Of a stretch of DNA of 58,872 nt, positions 27,839-37,359 are shown piece after piece (the stretch's first letter is position 1; every line of letters starts with the position of its first letter). The DNA is taken from the NCBI GenBank assembly GCA_021811365.1, contig JAJZPB010000004.1, positions 1-58,872 of the forward strand, read 5' to 3'. Below the pieces are notes generated by a model. The model saw only the letters and a program-made list of their open reading frames with translations, was not told the origin of the DNA and did no database searches. This DNA is from a bacterium. Lineage in GTDB: Bacteria; Patescibacteriota; Minisyncoccia; Phycocordibacterales; Phycocordibacteraceae. The position numbers and the translations under genes are program-made.

Positions 27839-28237
27839 TTACCAAATTTCGAAAAGCGCCTCCCCGCCGACGCGTTGTTTACGGACTTGTGCATCCGAGA
27901 GAATGCCGACCGACGTAGAAAACACACGCGCGCCAGCGCCCGCTTTCACCCGATTCGCCTTGGTATGCGGCGCATAGAGGCGGCGACCCGGAGTGCTGAT
28001 GCGCTTAACGCCATGGAGTTTTGCCTGGTCCTTCCCGTCGAAACTTAGCTCGACTGCAAGCAAACGCTTTACTCCATCCTTTTCTTTGATTTCGACCGAA
28101 TCAAGATAGCCGAGCTCTTTGAGCGTGCGGGCAATCGCCTCAAGGTGCGCCGAATACGGCGTCGCCACGTCGCGCTTATTGATCATCGCCGCATTCTGCA
28201 AGCGGATTATGAAATCTCCAACGCGGTCGCTTACCAT
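27839..28237 (-). CDS. rpsH: 30S ribosomal protein S8
   Basis: [27 protein letters not shown]...W; overlaps the rpsN stop by 7 nt. Confidence 0.97.
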   Translation of the reverse strand: MVSDRVGDFIIRLQNAAMINKRDVATPYSAHLEAIARTLKELGYLDSVEIKEKDGVKRLLAVELSFDGKDQAKLHGVKRISTPGRRLYAPHTKANRVKAGAGARVFSTSVGILSDAQVRKQRVGGEALFEIW

Positions 28238-28500
28238 GATGCTTTCTTTACGCCTGGAATCTTGCCCTCCCGAGCGAGCTCTCGAAAGAGCATGCGAGAA
28301 ACCCCAAAAGTTCGAATATAGCCGCGCGAACGACCAGTAATAGCACATCGGTTTTTAAGACGAACCGGAGAGGAGTTACGCGGCAGCTTTTGAAGCCCGT
28401 CCCAGTCGCCCGCAGCTTTAAGCGCCGCGCGCTTCGCGGCGTACTTTTTCACCAGCTTTGCCTTCTTGGCATAGCGAGCGAGTTGGGATGTTTTTGCCAT
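28231..28500 (-). CDS. rpsN: 30S ribosomal protein S14, long Zn-independent (C-) form
   Basis: 89 aa; [29 protein letters not shown]; single Cys. Confidence 0.96.
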   Translation of the reverse strand: MAKTSQLARYAKKAKLVKKYAAKRAALKAAGDWDGLQKLPRNSSPVRLKNRCAITGRSRGYIRTFGVSRMLFRELAREGKIPGVKKASW

Positions 28501-28568
28501 AAGTTAAGAAGGTGTGCTTCCGCGGGGAGGTAAAAAATAAGCTCCGAGAAGAGCGTATCTCTACGATA

Positions 28569-29117
28569 TCAGCGTTTCTCCGCGCGGTCAACCAGCGGGA
28601 AACCGAGGTGCCGCAGGAAGGCAATCGCCTCTGCCTTGTTTTTTGCCGACGTGACCACCGTCACAGCAAAGCCGAACACATCGCGCAGATCTTCGTCCGC
28701 AGTTTCGGGGAAAATCGTGTGCTCGCGCAAACCGATCGTCAAATTGCCCATCTCGTCCACCGCAGTCGTCGGAATGCCGCGGAAGTCGCGGGTGCGCGGG
28801 AGGGCGATGTGGACGAGTTTCTCGACGAAGTCATACATGCGCGCGTGGCGCAACGTCACCTGAAGGCCAACCGTGTCGCCGGCACGCACTTTGAAAGACG
28901 CCACCGAGAGGCGCGCCGTGCGAATGCTCGGCTTCTGGCCGGTAATCTTCGCGACGCGATCAATGGTGAGCTCAAGCTGCTTCGGGTCGCGTTTCTTACC
29001 GACGCCTATAGAGACCACCACCTTGACGAGCCGTGGCGTCTGCATTGGGTTGGCGTACTCAAAGCTGCCCGAAAGCGCCTCTTTCACCGACTGTTGTTTT
29101 TCTTGGGTAATCGTCAT
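28569..29117 (-). CDS. rplE: 50S ribosomal protein L5
   Basis: [19 protein letters not shown]. Confidence 0.98.
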   Translation of the reverse strand: MTITQEKQQSVKEALSGSFEYANPMQTPRLVKVVVSIGVGKKRDPKQLELTIDRVAKITGQKPSIRTARLSVASFKVRAGDTVGLQVTLRHARMYDFVEKLVHIALPRTRDFRGIPTTAVDEMGNLTIGLREHTIFPETADEDLRDVFGFAVTVVTSAKNKAEAIAFLRHLGFPLVDRAEKR

Positions 29118-29326
29118 ACTTTTTGTACGTTTGAAACGTGGATGGGACGGGGGCGTTCTACTATGCGACCGACCTCACCCTGCACTCCCTTGCGGTGGCG
29201 CTTCACGATTGCAACACCGTCAACGACCACGCGATCCTCCTTCGGAAGCGCGCGCACGATCGTGCCCGTCTTCCCCTTGTCTTTGCCGGTAAGGACCCGA
29301 ACCGTATCTCCTTTTTTTACATGCAT
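29114..29326 (-). CDS. rplX: 50S ribosomal protein L24 (70 aa, C-terminally truncated)
   Basis: [22 protein letters not shown] motif, PIHVSNV then stop. Confidence 0.95.
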   Translation of the reverse strand: MHVKKGDTVRVLTGKDKGKTGTIVRALPKEDRVVVDGVAIVKRHRKGVQGEVGRIVERPRPIHVSNVQKV

Positions 29327-29336
29327 AATAGATTCG

Positions 29337-29714
29337 TTACACTACCTCGGGAGCGAGGGAGGTAATAGCGTGCCAGCCGCGCTCCGAAAGCTCACGCGGC
29401 ACCGGCCCGAAGATGCGGTTCCCTTTCGGACCCATCTCCTTGCCCTGCTTTTCGATAAGTACGACGGCATTCTCGTCAAAGCGCACATAGGAACCATCCT
29501 TACGCGCAAAGGGTTTGCTCTGACGAACCACTACTGCTCGGTAGATGTCTTTCTTTTTTACCGCCTTGCGCGGCTCAGCCGTTTGTACCGAAACGACGAC
29601 TACGTCGCCGATTCGCGCATAACGACGTTTGCTGCCGCCCGGTACTTTGAAGATGCGGGCAATTTTTGCTCCGGAGTTATCTGCGACAGATACGATAGAT
29701 TGTGGTTGCAGCAT
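29337..29714 (-). CDS. rplN: 50S ribosomal protein L14
   Basis: [31 protein letters not shown]. Confidence 0.98.
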   Translation of the reverse strand: MLQPQSIVSVADNSGAKIARIFKVPGGSKRRYARIGDVVVVSVQTAEPRKAVKKKDIYRAVVVRQSKPFARKDGSYVRFDENAVVLIEKQGKEMGPKGNRIFGPVPRELSERGWHAITSLAPEVV

Positions 29715-29722
29715 GGTACGTT

Positions 29723-29983
29723 CTAGGAAGCGGTCTTCTCTTTCGAGACGATAGCGAAGCGCTTTAGCTTGCTAATCGGACGTACCGACACAATAGTCAC
29801 AGTGTCGCCGACCTGCGCAGCGTTGCCCGGGTTGTCGACCAAGTACTGCTTCGAGCGAACGCGGTACTTCTTGTACTTCGGATGCTTTACGTAGCGGTCG
29901 ACGCGCACGGTGGCCGTGTTCATCATAGCGGTTTTGACAACCGTGCCCGTGAAGGACTGAAGTTGAGAGGTGGTAGTATCCAT
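29723..29983 (-). CDS. rpsQ: 30S ribosomal protein S17
   Basis: HPKYKK, GDTV, RPISKLKRF. Confidence 0.96.
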   Translation of the reverse strand: MDTTTSQLQSFTGTVVKTAMMNTATVRVDRYVKHPKYKKYRVRSKQYLVDNPGNAAQVGDTVTIVSVRPISKLKRFAIVSKEKTAS

Positions 29984-29991
29984 ACAAAAAT

Positions 29992-30222
29992 TTATGCAAC
30001 CGCCGCGGCATCTGCCGCGCGGGAAACGCCCCGGAGCGTGCGTGCGTGGCGTTCGGTGAGCGCCCGCGCCACGACCACTCGGAGCTTGCGTGCGGCATTC
30101 GGGTCCTTAGGGCGCGCGCCAGCAGCGGTAAAACGCTCCGCGCGGATGTGCGCGCGCGTTTCGATGACGAGCTTCGTGAGCTCGGCGTCAGTCTTCTTCG
30201 TCATGTCGTCTCTTTTTGCCAT
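29992..30222 (-). CDS. rpmC: 50S ribosomal protein L29
   Basis: Position between rplP and rpsQ; helical, RF...LRVVVARALT. Confidence 0.85.
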   Translation of the reverse strand: MAKRDDMTKKTDAELTKLVIETRAHIRAERFTAAGARPKDPNAARKLRVVVARALTERHARTLRGVSRAADAAAVA

Positions 30223-30242
30223 AAATGTTCCGTATACGCAAC

Positions 30243-30662
30243 TTACCGCGCGATAATGGTGGTTTTTACCGGGAGTTTCATTCCTGCTTGCCGCAAGTGC
30301 GCGCGGGCAATCGGCTCTGCTACGCCGTCAAGCTCGAAAAGCATGCGTCCTGGTCGAACTTCGAATACATAGTGGTCGGGGTTCCCCTTGCCGCTCCCCA
30401 TGCCTACCTCGGCCGGCTTTGTCGTGACCGGACGATCCGGGAAGATGCGAATCCAGAGCTTCCCAGTCTTCGCGGTTGCGCGCGTAAGCACTTTACGCGC
30501 CGCCTCGATCTGGTTACTTGTGACGCGCGCGCTTGTAACCGCTTTCAGTCCATACGAGCCGAAGTCGAGAGACACGCCGCGCGTATCCGGACGCGCAAGG
30601 CGTGCAGCGCTCTTGCGCTGGGTCTGCCACTTGCGGTGCTTTACTTTCTTCGGGAACAGCAT
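30243..30662 (-). CDS. rplP: 50S ribosomal protein L16
   Basis: QIEAAR, WIRIFPDRP, MGSGKG, KLPVKT. Confidence 0.98.
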   Translation of the reverse strand: MLFPKKVKHRKWQTQRKSAARLARPDTRGVSLDFGSYGLKAVTSARVTSNQIEAARKVLTRATAKTGKLWIRIFPDRPVTTKPAEVGMGSGKGNPDHYVFEVRPGRMLFELDGVAEPIARAHLRQAGMKLPVKTTIIAR

Positions 30663-30672
30663 GGCAAAAACG

Positions 30673-31377
30673 TTAGGCGCGCGCCGGAGCGGACGCTACG
30701 CTGCGCGGTGCTGCGCGCTTGTCCTGATAAATATTCCCGCGGTAAATCCAGACCTTGATACCGATAACGCCGTACGGAAGGTGGGCTTCTTCGTGTGCGA
30801 AATCAATATCGGCGCGGAATGTCTGGAGCGGAATACGACCACGCTTAAGTTCTTCTTTGCGGCTCATCTCGGCCCCGCCAAGGCGGCCGGAAATCGTAAT
30901 GCGCACACCTTCAACTTCGCGTACTGCCATGACCTTCTCGATGGTCTGCTTGAGTACGCGGCGAAACGGCATCCGGCGTTCAAGCCCTTCTGCCACCATA
31001 TAGGCTACGACGGCGGCATCGGTCTCCGGCTGGCGGATTTCAACAATATCGAGCTTGAGGCTGCGCCGCTCTTCCGGATTTGCCTTACGAATTGCCTCGG
31101 CAAGTTCCTTGCGCAGCTTTGTAGCGTTTTCCCCCGAACGGCCGATTACGAGCCCGGGGCGAGCAGTTGAGAGGATAATCCGGAACTCGTTAGCCGAGCG
31201 CTCGATCTCGATTCCAGACGTGTACGTCCCGCGCAGGCGCTTCATAAGGAAACGGCGCGTCAGCTCGTCAGTTTTGAGGTTATCGCGGTAACTTTTCTTA
31301 TCGTTTGCAAACCAGCGGCTCTTCCAGTCGCGGATAATACCGAGCCGATGCGCGTAAGGATGTACGGTGTGAGTCAT
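30673..31377 (-). CDS. rpsC: 30S ribosomal protein S3
   Basis: RLGIIRDWKSRW, RPGLVIGRSG, SGRLGGAEM, PLQTFRADID, GIKVWI. Confidence 0.98.
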   Translation of the reverse strand: MTHTVHPYAHRLGIIRDWKSRWFANDKKSYRDNLKTDELTRRFLMKRLRGTYTSGIEIERSANEFRIILSTARPGLVIGRSGENATKLRKELAEAIRKANPEERRSLKLDIVEIRQPETDAAVVAYMVAEGLERRMPFRRVLKQTIEKVMAVREVEGVRITISGRLGGAEMSRKEELKRGRIPLQTFRADIDFAHEEAHLPYGVIGIKVWIYRGNIYQDKRAAPRSVASAPARA

Positions 31378-31394
31378 GGAAATGAATTGCTGCG

Positions 31395-31715
31395 TTACCC
31401 AAGCTGGACGCGAACGCGGCTCTTGCGGCGGCGAATAATCGAGGCGCGACCGAACGCACGCGGCATAAAGCGCGTAAGCATACCAGCGCTTTCCACGGTA
31501 ATCGACCGTATCGTAAGCTCCTCCGGATTCTGCCCCTCCTGCCGCGCGTTCGCAACGGCGCTCTCAATGAGTTTTTTCACCGGGTCAGCAGCGCGTTTAG
31601 GGAGGAACGTGAGCGCCGCAAGCGCCTCAGATACCTTCTTTCCCCGCACCAGGTCCGTCACGAGGCGCACCTTGCGTGGCGGCTGGCTGTAGCTCTCTAG
31701 GGTAGCGTGTGCCAT
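31395..31715 (-). CDS. rplV: 50S ribosomal protein L22
   Basis: PRKVRLV, SAVANA, MPRAFGRA. Confidence 0.97.
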   Translation of the reverse strand: MAHATLESYSQPPRKVRLVTDLVRGKKVSEALAALTFLPKRAADPVKKLIESAVANARQEGQNPEELTIRSITVESAGMLTRFMPRAFGRASIIRRRKSRVRVQLG

Positions 31716-31717
31716 AC

Positions 31718-32059
31718 CTATTTCTTAGCGGCCGGAGCGGCCTTAGTAGCCTTAGCAGAGGCGATTTCTGCCTGCTGCTTCTTCTGCTCCATTTCTTTTT
31801 GCATCTTTCCTCCGTGGCGGACGAACTTCTTGGTCGGCGAAAACTCACCCAAGCGGTGCCCAACCATTTCCTCGACCACCAGAACGTCCACATGCTGCTT
31901 TCCATTGTGCACGCCAAGCGTGAATCCGATCATATCTGGGCTAATCTGGCTGCGGCGCGCCCACGTCTTAATGACCCCCGTCTCCGAAGGTTTCTTACCG
32001 GAGACCTTTTTGAGGAGTTTGACATCCACAAAAGGTCCTTTCTTGACTGAGCGTGCCAT
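31718..32059 (-). CDS. rpsS: 30S ribosomal protein S19 (Lys/Ala-rich C-terminal tail)
   Basis: [31 protein letters not shown]. Confidence 0.98.
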   Translation of the reverse strand: MARSVKKGPFVDVKLLKKVSGKKPSETGVIKTWARRSQISPDMIGFTLGVHNGKQHVDVLVVEEMVGHRLGEFSPTKKFVRHGGKMQKEMEQKKQQAEIASAKATKAAPAAKK

Positions 32060-32098
32060 AAATTAAGCAATGAAAAGCCCGCGCTGCGGGATGACTGA

Positions 32099-32127
32099 AA
32101 GATACAGGACTGCGCGGGAAACGTCAA
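32099..32127 (-). promoter_or_regulatory. sigma70 promoter for the rpsS...secY segment
   Basis: TTGACG-17-TATCTT. Confidence 0.6.
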
Positions 32128-32158
32128 CTTTTTGCTACTCTGCTATGATACGAGACAT

Positions 32159-32926
32159 ATGACGCGCATACCTACTAAAATCCTCGTGGGCGGGACGGCT
32201 CTCGTGCTTATCGTTGGCGGAACTGCGTGGTACGTTGCGCACCGCTCCGGCGCTCCGCTCGCGGGTCTCACCGCTTCGTCAGTGGCTTTGCCAGCTCAGT
32301 CGCCGTACAAAGCAAGCGGTCCGTACTTCAAAATTGTCGCTAACTACCCGACAACGACGCCCTTTGCTGCCGCCCAAAGTCAAGCGGCGATTTCGGCCAT
32401 GCATGCGTGGATTGCAGCGGAAGTCGCGCAGTTTAAAAAGGACGGCAATTTCATTGCACTGATCCCCGCAAAAGCGGCACAGCAGGGGCTCACAGCAGGC
32501 CGAAAGTACACGCTCAGTATCGTGTACCTTGAAGGTTCTTCTGCGCACACCTACTCATATATTTATACCGTCTACGAGGACACCGGAGGCGCCCATGAAA
32601 ACACCTTTTTCAAGACGTTTACCTTTGATGCTAGCAGCGGGAAACTCCTGTCGCTGAGCGACCTATTCACTGGCGGTTACCTTCAAAAACTCTCTTTGCT
32701 TTCACAGGAAAAGCTTACACAAAACCTTGGTCAATTCGCGAACGCCTCTATGATTAAAAGTGGAACCGCGCCTGCGGCGGTCAGCTTTGGAAATTGGTTC
32801 TTCGACAACAACGACTTCGTGCTGCTGTTCCCCCCGTACCAGGTAGCTGCCTACGCCGCAGGTCCGCAGACCGTGCGCATTCCCGCAAGCGAGTTGAGCG
32901 GACTTCTCAAAAACCAGTATCCGTAG
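32159..32926 (+). CDS. secreted DUF3298/RsiV-PdaC-like protein, inserted antisense between rplB and rpsS
   Basis: N-terminal TM; YEDTGGAH, LSLSDLF, FPPYQVAAYAAG motifs. Confidence 0.85.
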   Translation: MTRIPTKILVGGTALVLIVGGTAWYVAHRSGAPLAGLTASSVALPAQSPYKASGPYFKIVANYPTTTPFAAAQSQAAISAMHAWIAAEVAQFKKDGNFIALIPAKAAQQGLTAGRKYTLSIVYLEGSSAHTYSYIYTVYEDTGGAHENTFFKTFTFDASSGKLLSLSDLFTGGYLQKLSLLSQEKLTQNLGQFANASMIKSGTAPAAVSFGNWFFDNNDFVLLFPPYQVAAYAAGPQTVRIPASELSGLLKNQYP

Positions 32927-32976
32927 CGCCGCGCGCCGCGGAGCAACTTCCGATTGTCGTCGACGTTCTGTCAGGA

Positions 32977-33017
32977 GCAAAAAGACCCGCCGCGCTACGC
33001 GCGGCGGGTCTTTTTGC
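32977..33017. terminator. bidirectional terminator between rplB and the inserted gene
   Basis: GCAAAAAGACCCGCCGCGC-TAC-GCGCGGCGGGTCTTTTTGC. Confidence 0.85.
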
Positions 33018-33022
33018 CGTTG

Positions 33023-33871
33023 TTAGCCCTTCTTTCTCTTGCCGACCTTGCGTCGAGAGACTATGAACACATTTGAGTACTTCTTTGGAGTCCTCGTCTT
33101 CTGTCCTTTGCCGGTAGGCTTGCCCCACAGGCTCTTTGCACGCTTCAAACCGCGGCCCTGCTTGCCCTCGCCGCCACCGTGCGGGTGATCCACGGGGTTC
33201 ATTGCGGTGCCGCGTACCGTGGGGCGCTTGCCGAGCCACCGGCTGCGACCCGCCTTACCGAGATTTACGAGGTTGTACTCCTCATTACCGACGGCGCCCA
33301 CGCTTGCCCAGCACAGGTCAGAAACGCGGCGCACTTCGCTCGACGGGAGCTTGATCTGTGCGTAGCCGGCATCATGTGCTATTACCTCTGCGTTTACTCC
33401 AGCGCTGCGTACGAGGACAGCGCCTGCGCGGGGCGAAAGTTCGATGTTGTATACGAATGTGCCAACCGGAATTTTACCCAACGGCAGTCGATTGCCCGGT
33501 GTAAGCGGGGCGTTCTCTGAGACAAGGAAGGTACTGTCGACTGCAACACTTTTCGGGAGAACGACGTAGCGACGCTCGCCGTCCGCATAGAGCGCGAGGC
33601 CGACGAAGGCGCTACGACCCGGGTCGTACTCTACCGTTTCAATCTTGGCCGGGATGTCCCTCTTGTCGTACACGAAATCGACGGCGCGCATGCGCTGTTT
33701 GTGCCCGCCACCCTGATGGCGCATCGTGATGCGACCGAAGCCGTTACGACCCCCTCTGCTCGACTTGAGTCTTAGGAGTGGTTTGTGCGGCTTGTCTCCA
33801 GAAAGGAGCTCGCGATACGGCAACGTGGTCATGTGCCGTCGGCTCTTGGTAGTGGGTCGATAAGATTTCAT
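33023..33871 (-). CDS. rplB: 50S ribosomal protein L2
   Basis: RHQGGGHK, EYDPGRSA, VRGTAMNPVDHPHGGGEG. Confidence 0.99.
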   Translation of the reverse strand: MKSYRPTTKSRRHMTTLPYRELLSGDKPHKPLLRLKSSRGGRNGFGRITMRHQGGGHKQRMRAVDFVYDKRDIPAKIETVEYDPGRSAFVGLALYADGERRYVVLPKSVAVDSTFLVSENAPLTPGNRLPLGKIPVGTFVYNIELSPRAGAVLVRSAGVNAEVIAHDAGYAQIKLPSSEVRRVSDLCWASVGAVGNEEYNLVNLGKAGRSRWLGKRPTVRGTAMNPVDHPHGGGEGKQGRGLKRAKSLWGKPTGKGQKTRTPKKYSNVFIVSRRKVGKRKKG

Positions 33872-33882
33872 GGTGATAAAAA

Positions 33883-34260
33883 TTACGCGAACTGAATGGT
33901 GTCGCCCTTCGCGAGGTACACGTACGCCTTGTGGCGTGCCGTCCGAACGCCCTCTCCGCGGCGCGTGCGCATACTCTTGCGTTTCGCGGGGAGCCGAACA
34001 ATGCGCACCTTGCGCGGCTGTACCTTGAAGATCTGCTCTATTGCCCCCGCAACCTGCGCTTTCGTCGCATCAGCGGGAATCTGGAAAGCGTACACGCCCT
34101 TCTCAGTGGCAAGGAGTGCCTTCTCAGAGAACCACGGAGCGCGAATGACTTCATGCTCCATCCCGTCCTTGAGCACCACGCGGCGCGCACGCGCCTTTAG
34201 GACCTTCTCGCCTTTGTCCTTCTTCGCCTTCGATTTCTTGGAGTCGCCAAAGAGTGCCAT
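33883..34260 (-). CDS. rplW: 50S ribosomal protein L23 (N-terminal basic extension)
   Basis: SEKA, ATKAQV, KAYVYL. Confidence 0.95.
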   Translation of the reverse strand: MALFGDSKKSKAKKDKGEKVLKARARRVVLKDGMEHEVIRAPWFSEKALLATEKGVYAFQIPADATKAQVAGAIEQIFKVQPRKVRIVRLPAKRKSMRTRRGEGVRTARHKAYVYLAKGDTIQFA

Positions 34261-34263
34261 ACG

Positions 34264-35022
34264 CTATTTTTTAGACTGCTTAGCGCGCACGCTGAGCGTT
34301 TGAAAAGCCGCCTGCGGTCGCTCGATAATAAGATACCGGTGCGCGAGCACGTCTACCGGGTTCAAGTTGCGCACCTCTTCCGTGAGCACATTGCCCATGT
34401 TGCGGAAGCTCTTAATCTTGATGGGGTCGTAGCTCGAAAGCGCAATGAGCGCGCTGTTCTTTGTCTTGACGGTGAGCGCTTCCGCTTTCGCTCCCACAGC
34501 AAGAGCCGCCAGGAACTTCTTTGCCTCAGTCGTCTTCGGCACGCTAAACGCGAGTTCGTCGACAAAGAGCACCTCGCCATCGCGCATTTTGCGAGAAAGC
34601 ACTGCGAAGAGTGCGCCAGCGCGCATGCGCTTATTAATCTTTTCCGAGTAGTCGCGCTCGCTGCGCGGCCCGAAGGTAACGCCGCCGTGGCGCCAAATCG
34701 GAGAACGCGAGGATCCGTGGCGCGCGTTTCCGGTACCCTTCTGCTTCCATGGCTTTTTGCCGCCGCCGGACACCTCAGAGCGGTCCTTGGTGTGGGCGCG
34801 GTTCTGACGGGCGTTCGCCTGCATACCCGTGACGACCTGGTGAACAAGGTCGGCTTTCCAGACAGCCCCGAAGAGCTCCGCCGGAAGCGCAATCTTCGAA
34901 ACTTCCGAACCCGCCATTGAGTAGACGACCGCCTCAGTCGACGCAACCGGTGCCGCCTTTTCAGCTTTTTTGGCGGCTTTCGCCGGCGCTTTTTTCTTGG
35001 GAGTGGTTGGTGTAGTAGCCAT
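34264..35022 (-). CDS. rplD: 50S ribosomal protein L4 (Lys/Ala/Pro-rich N-terminal extension)
   Basis: TKDRSEVSGGGKKPWKQKGTGNARHGS, GGVTFGP. Confidence 0.98.
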   Translation of the reverse strand: MATTPTTPKKKAPAKAAKKAEKAAPVASTEAVVYSMAGSEVSKIALPAELFGAVWKADLVHQVVTGMQANARQNRAHTKDRSEVSGGGKKPWKQKGTGNARHGSSRSPIWRHGGVTFGPRSERDYSEKINKRMRAGALFAVLSRKMRDGEVLFVDELAFSVPKTTEAKKFLAALAVGAKAEALTVKTKNSALIALSSYDPIKIKSFRNMGNVLTEEVRNLNPVDVLAHRYLIIERPQAAFQTLSVRAKQSKK

Positions 35023-35032
35023 ACGAAAATAA

Positions 35033-35647
35033 TTACTCCGCAACAATCTCGAGCACGGTACCGCGACGACCAGGCACCGCGCCTGAAACGAGGATTTCGC
35101 CCGCTAGGGCATCAACTGCAAGCACGCGCAGGTTAGTGACCGTTACGCGGTCTCCTCCCATGCGGCCGGCCATGCGGATGCCCTTAGCAACCCGTCCGCC
35201 GGCGCGGCCGCCCGAGCCGCCAATCGAGCCCGGCTCGCGCTCGGAGTGCTTCTGGCCGTGGGTGCGAGGGCCACCATGGAAACCGTGACGCTTCACAACG
35301 CCGGCGAAACCCTTACCTTTCGTGACGCCCGCGACTGAAACACGGTCGCCGACAGCAAAGGCCGTCGTGTCCACTTTCGCACCAACCTCAAGGCCTCTAG
35401 CGCCACGGAACTCGCGTAGCGTCTCGTAGCCTTTCCCCTTGGTGTGGCCGAGCACCGCCTTAGAAATATTCTTTTCTTTACGGGAGCCGAAGCCAACCTG
35501 CACCGACACGTACGCATCTGCGCCGTCGGCCGTTTTAACCTGCGTCACCGTTACGCCGTCCGTCTTGAGGAGCGTCGCTGCACGCGCGCGCCCGTCTTCC
35601 CCGTAGACACGGGTCATGCGTTCTTTCTTGGCGAGGATGAATTTCAT
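35033..35647 (-). CDS. rplC: 50S ribosomal protein L3
   Basis: KGKGFAGVVKRHGF, PGSIG, MAGRMG, GAVPG. Confidence 0.98.
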   Translation of the reverse strand: MKFILAKKERMTRVYGEDGRARAATLLKTDGVTVTQVKTADGADAYVSVQVGFGSRKEKNISKAVLGHTKGKGYETLREFRGARGLEVGAKVDTTAFAVGDRVSVAGVTKGKGFAGVVKRHGFHGGPRTHGQKHSEREPGSIGGSGGRAGGRVAKGIRMAGRMGGDRVTVTNLRVLAVDALAGEILVSGAVPGRRGTVLEIVAE

Positions 35648-35770
35648 GCGTAAATATGAGAAATCGCGCCCAAGCCAATCGCTGGGTGCGATTTGGCTAG
35701 TGGTCCCGTCAGCCGTAGGCCGGGGACATAGCGACATGGGCACTCTACTGCAGAACACAGAAATATGCAA
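35648..35770 (-). promoter_or_regulatory. rplC promoter (TTGCAT-17-TAGAGT) and structured 5' leader
   Basis: -35 at 35765-35770, -10 at 35742-35747; leader hairpins with alternative pairings. Confidence 0.55.
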
Positions 35771-35798
35771 ACACCCCTCGCTCAGGGGTGTTTGCATA
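35764..35798 (-). terminator. terminator of the inserted membrane-protein gene
   Basis: TATGCAAACACCCCT-N5-AGGGGTGTTTGCATA. Confidence 0.7.
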
Positions 35799-35863
35799 CG
35801 CTAACTTCCTTGTCCCTATGCACCACTAACGTTTTTGACGGTAGCTGCCTTAGTGTTTCGTCT

Positions 35864-37252
35864 TTACGGTGATGGCGGCAAAAACGTGCCAAAAGTGGTT
35901 TTAATCAGATCTTGGAGCGACCGGGCTGTGGTCGGCGCAGTAATGGATACGGGCTCATTGAATCCAGAAAACGTCGTAGTTGCAGCGATGGTTACCTGTC
36001 CTCCGCCCTGGGGACTCACAAGCTGAATTGGAGAAAACGCTACCTGGTAAAACCGTTTGTCTGATTTGCCCACCCAAAAATCGACCCGAACGTCTTTCCC
36101 CACCATTCCCGAAAATGCTTGAGAGAGGTCGAGCGTCGTCGTGCCCATCGCGGTCGCCTGATCTGCAATCAGTTTTTTCAAAAGGTCGGCCAATTGCGGT
36201 TGGAATTTCAGTACGACCGCGACCCGGTACGTTGAAACACCTTGAATTGCTTCCGAATCAACGACCTGTGCATGGTCTACATACGATCCGGAAGCAATAT
36301 ATGAAGAAAGTGACGAGAGGTCGGATGCCTCCTGCGGAGCGCTGGTTGCCACCGGAACTGAAGCAGTACTGCTCGCTGCGAGCGTAATCCACTGATTCTC
36401 AATAGAAGCCGCGGCTCCGTTTACTACGCTCACCAGCATAGGCACGACTAACTGCGCTTGCGGAGGCATCTGCGCGGAATTTCCGAGTGAGACTTGCACA
36501 TTGAGATTGCTGAGGTTTATGTAGGGCGTTTGGTTTGCGTAGATAATATGGAGCGCAAAGGTAGCCGACCCTGTTGTCCCTCCGTCGGCATAGGAGTGAT
36601 CCGTTCCGGAAAGCATAATATCGGCAGCTGCGCCGTGTGCACTTGCTGTGCTTCTATGCGCACGACCAGAGAGTGCAATCTGCATGTGCGAGGTCGTTGT
36701 ACCAACGCTGGGCGCCGTTGCTACCGATGTTACGGTAGAGGTCGCCGCAAAGGAAGCCGAGGTAACCGATTGCATCGCAGCAAAACCTTCGGAAAGAAGT
36801 ACGCTGGGCGACGGTGTCGCGAGCAGTCCCGCGTAGTAGGCAGCGGCGCTTCCCGCTCCCAGGAGGAGCACAACGCCCGCTGAAATGCCGAGCACCAGCC
36901 CCACGCGAACGCCCTGATGCGCGCCGGACCCAGAAACCATCGGCAGCTGCGCTGAAGCGGCAGCTTCCTGTGTGTGAACGGACTGCACCAGCTCCGGCGC
37001 GAACACTTCCCCCTGAGACGGAGCGCTACTATCTGCAACAGAGGGACTCCCCTGGTGGGCAAGTATTGGCGGGCCCTGCGTTGCGGGAGACGGCGGAAAA
37101 GTGTCTGGTGAAATCGAAGGGGGCTCGCCGAGCGCGGTGGCGACGTCCGACTCCGTCCATCCCGCAGAAACAAGTTCGTGTCGAATCATGTCGGGGGTTG
37201 CCCCGGCGGCTTTGCGCTGCGTAATATAGTTTGCGAGTTCTGTATTTTCCAT
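35864..37252 (-). CDS. bitopic membrane protein: small helical N-domain, Pro-rich linker, TM, large extracellular beta domain (LppX/LprAFG-like)
   Basis: ELANYI...IRHELVSAGW N-domain; TM VGLVLGISAGVVLLLG; C-terminal DFWVGKSD...FSGFNEPVSITAP. Confidence 0.7.
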   Translation of the reverse strand: MENTELANYITQRKAAGATPDMIRHELVSAGWTESDVATALGEPPSISPDTFPPSPATQGPPILAHQGSPSVADSSAPSQGEVFAPELVQSVHTQEAAASAQLPMVSGSGAHQGVRVGLVLGISAGVVLLLGAGSAAAYYAGLLATPSPSVLLSEGFAAMQSVTSASFAATSTVTSVATAPSVGTTTSHMQIALSGRAHRSTASAHGAAADIMLSGTDHSYADGGTTGSATFALHIIYANQTPYINLSNLNVQVSLGNSAQMPPQAQLVVPMLVSVVNGAAASIENQWITLAASSTASVPVATSAPQEASDLSSLSSYIASGSYVDHAQVVDSEAIQGVSTYRVAVVLKFQPQLADLLKKLIADQATAMGTTTLDLSQAFSGMVGKDVRVDFWVGKSDKRFYQVAFSPIQLVSPQGGGQVTIAATTTFSGFNEPVSITAPTTARSLQDLIKTTFGTFLPPSP

Positions 37253-37305
37253 GCTGAACGTATTTCAGCACGCATTTGCACATTTTGCTGAAACGCGCTG
37301 GGGAC

Positions 37306-37341
37306 AAAACAAAAACCCTGCAGTCGCAGGGTTTTTGTTTT
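37306..37341. terminator. terminator after rpsJ
   Basis: AAAACAAAAACCCTGC-AGTC-GCAGGGTTTTTGTTTT. Confidence 0.85.
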
Positions 37342-37359
37342 TCCGGAAGAAATCCGTGG

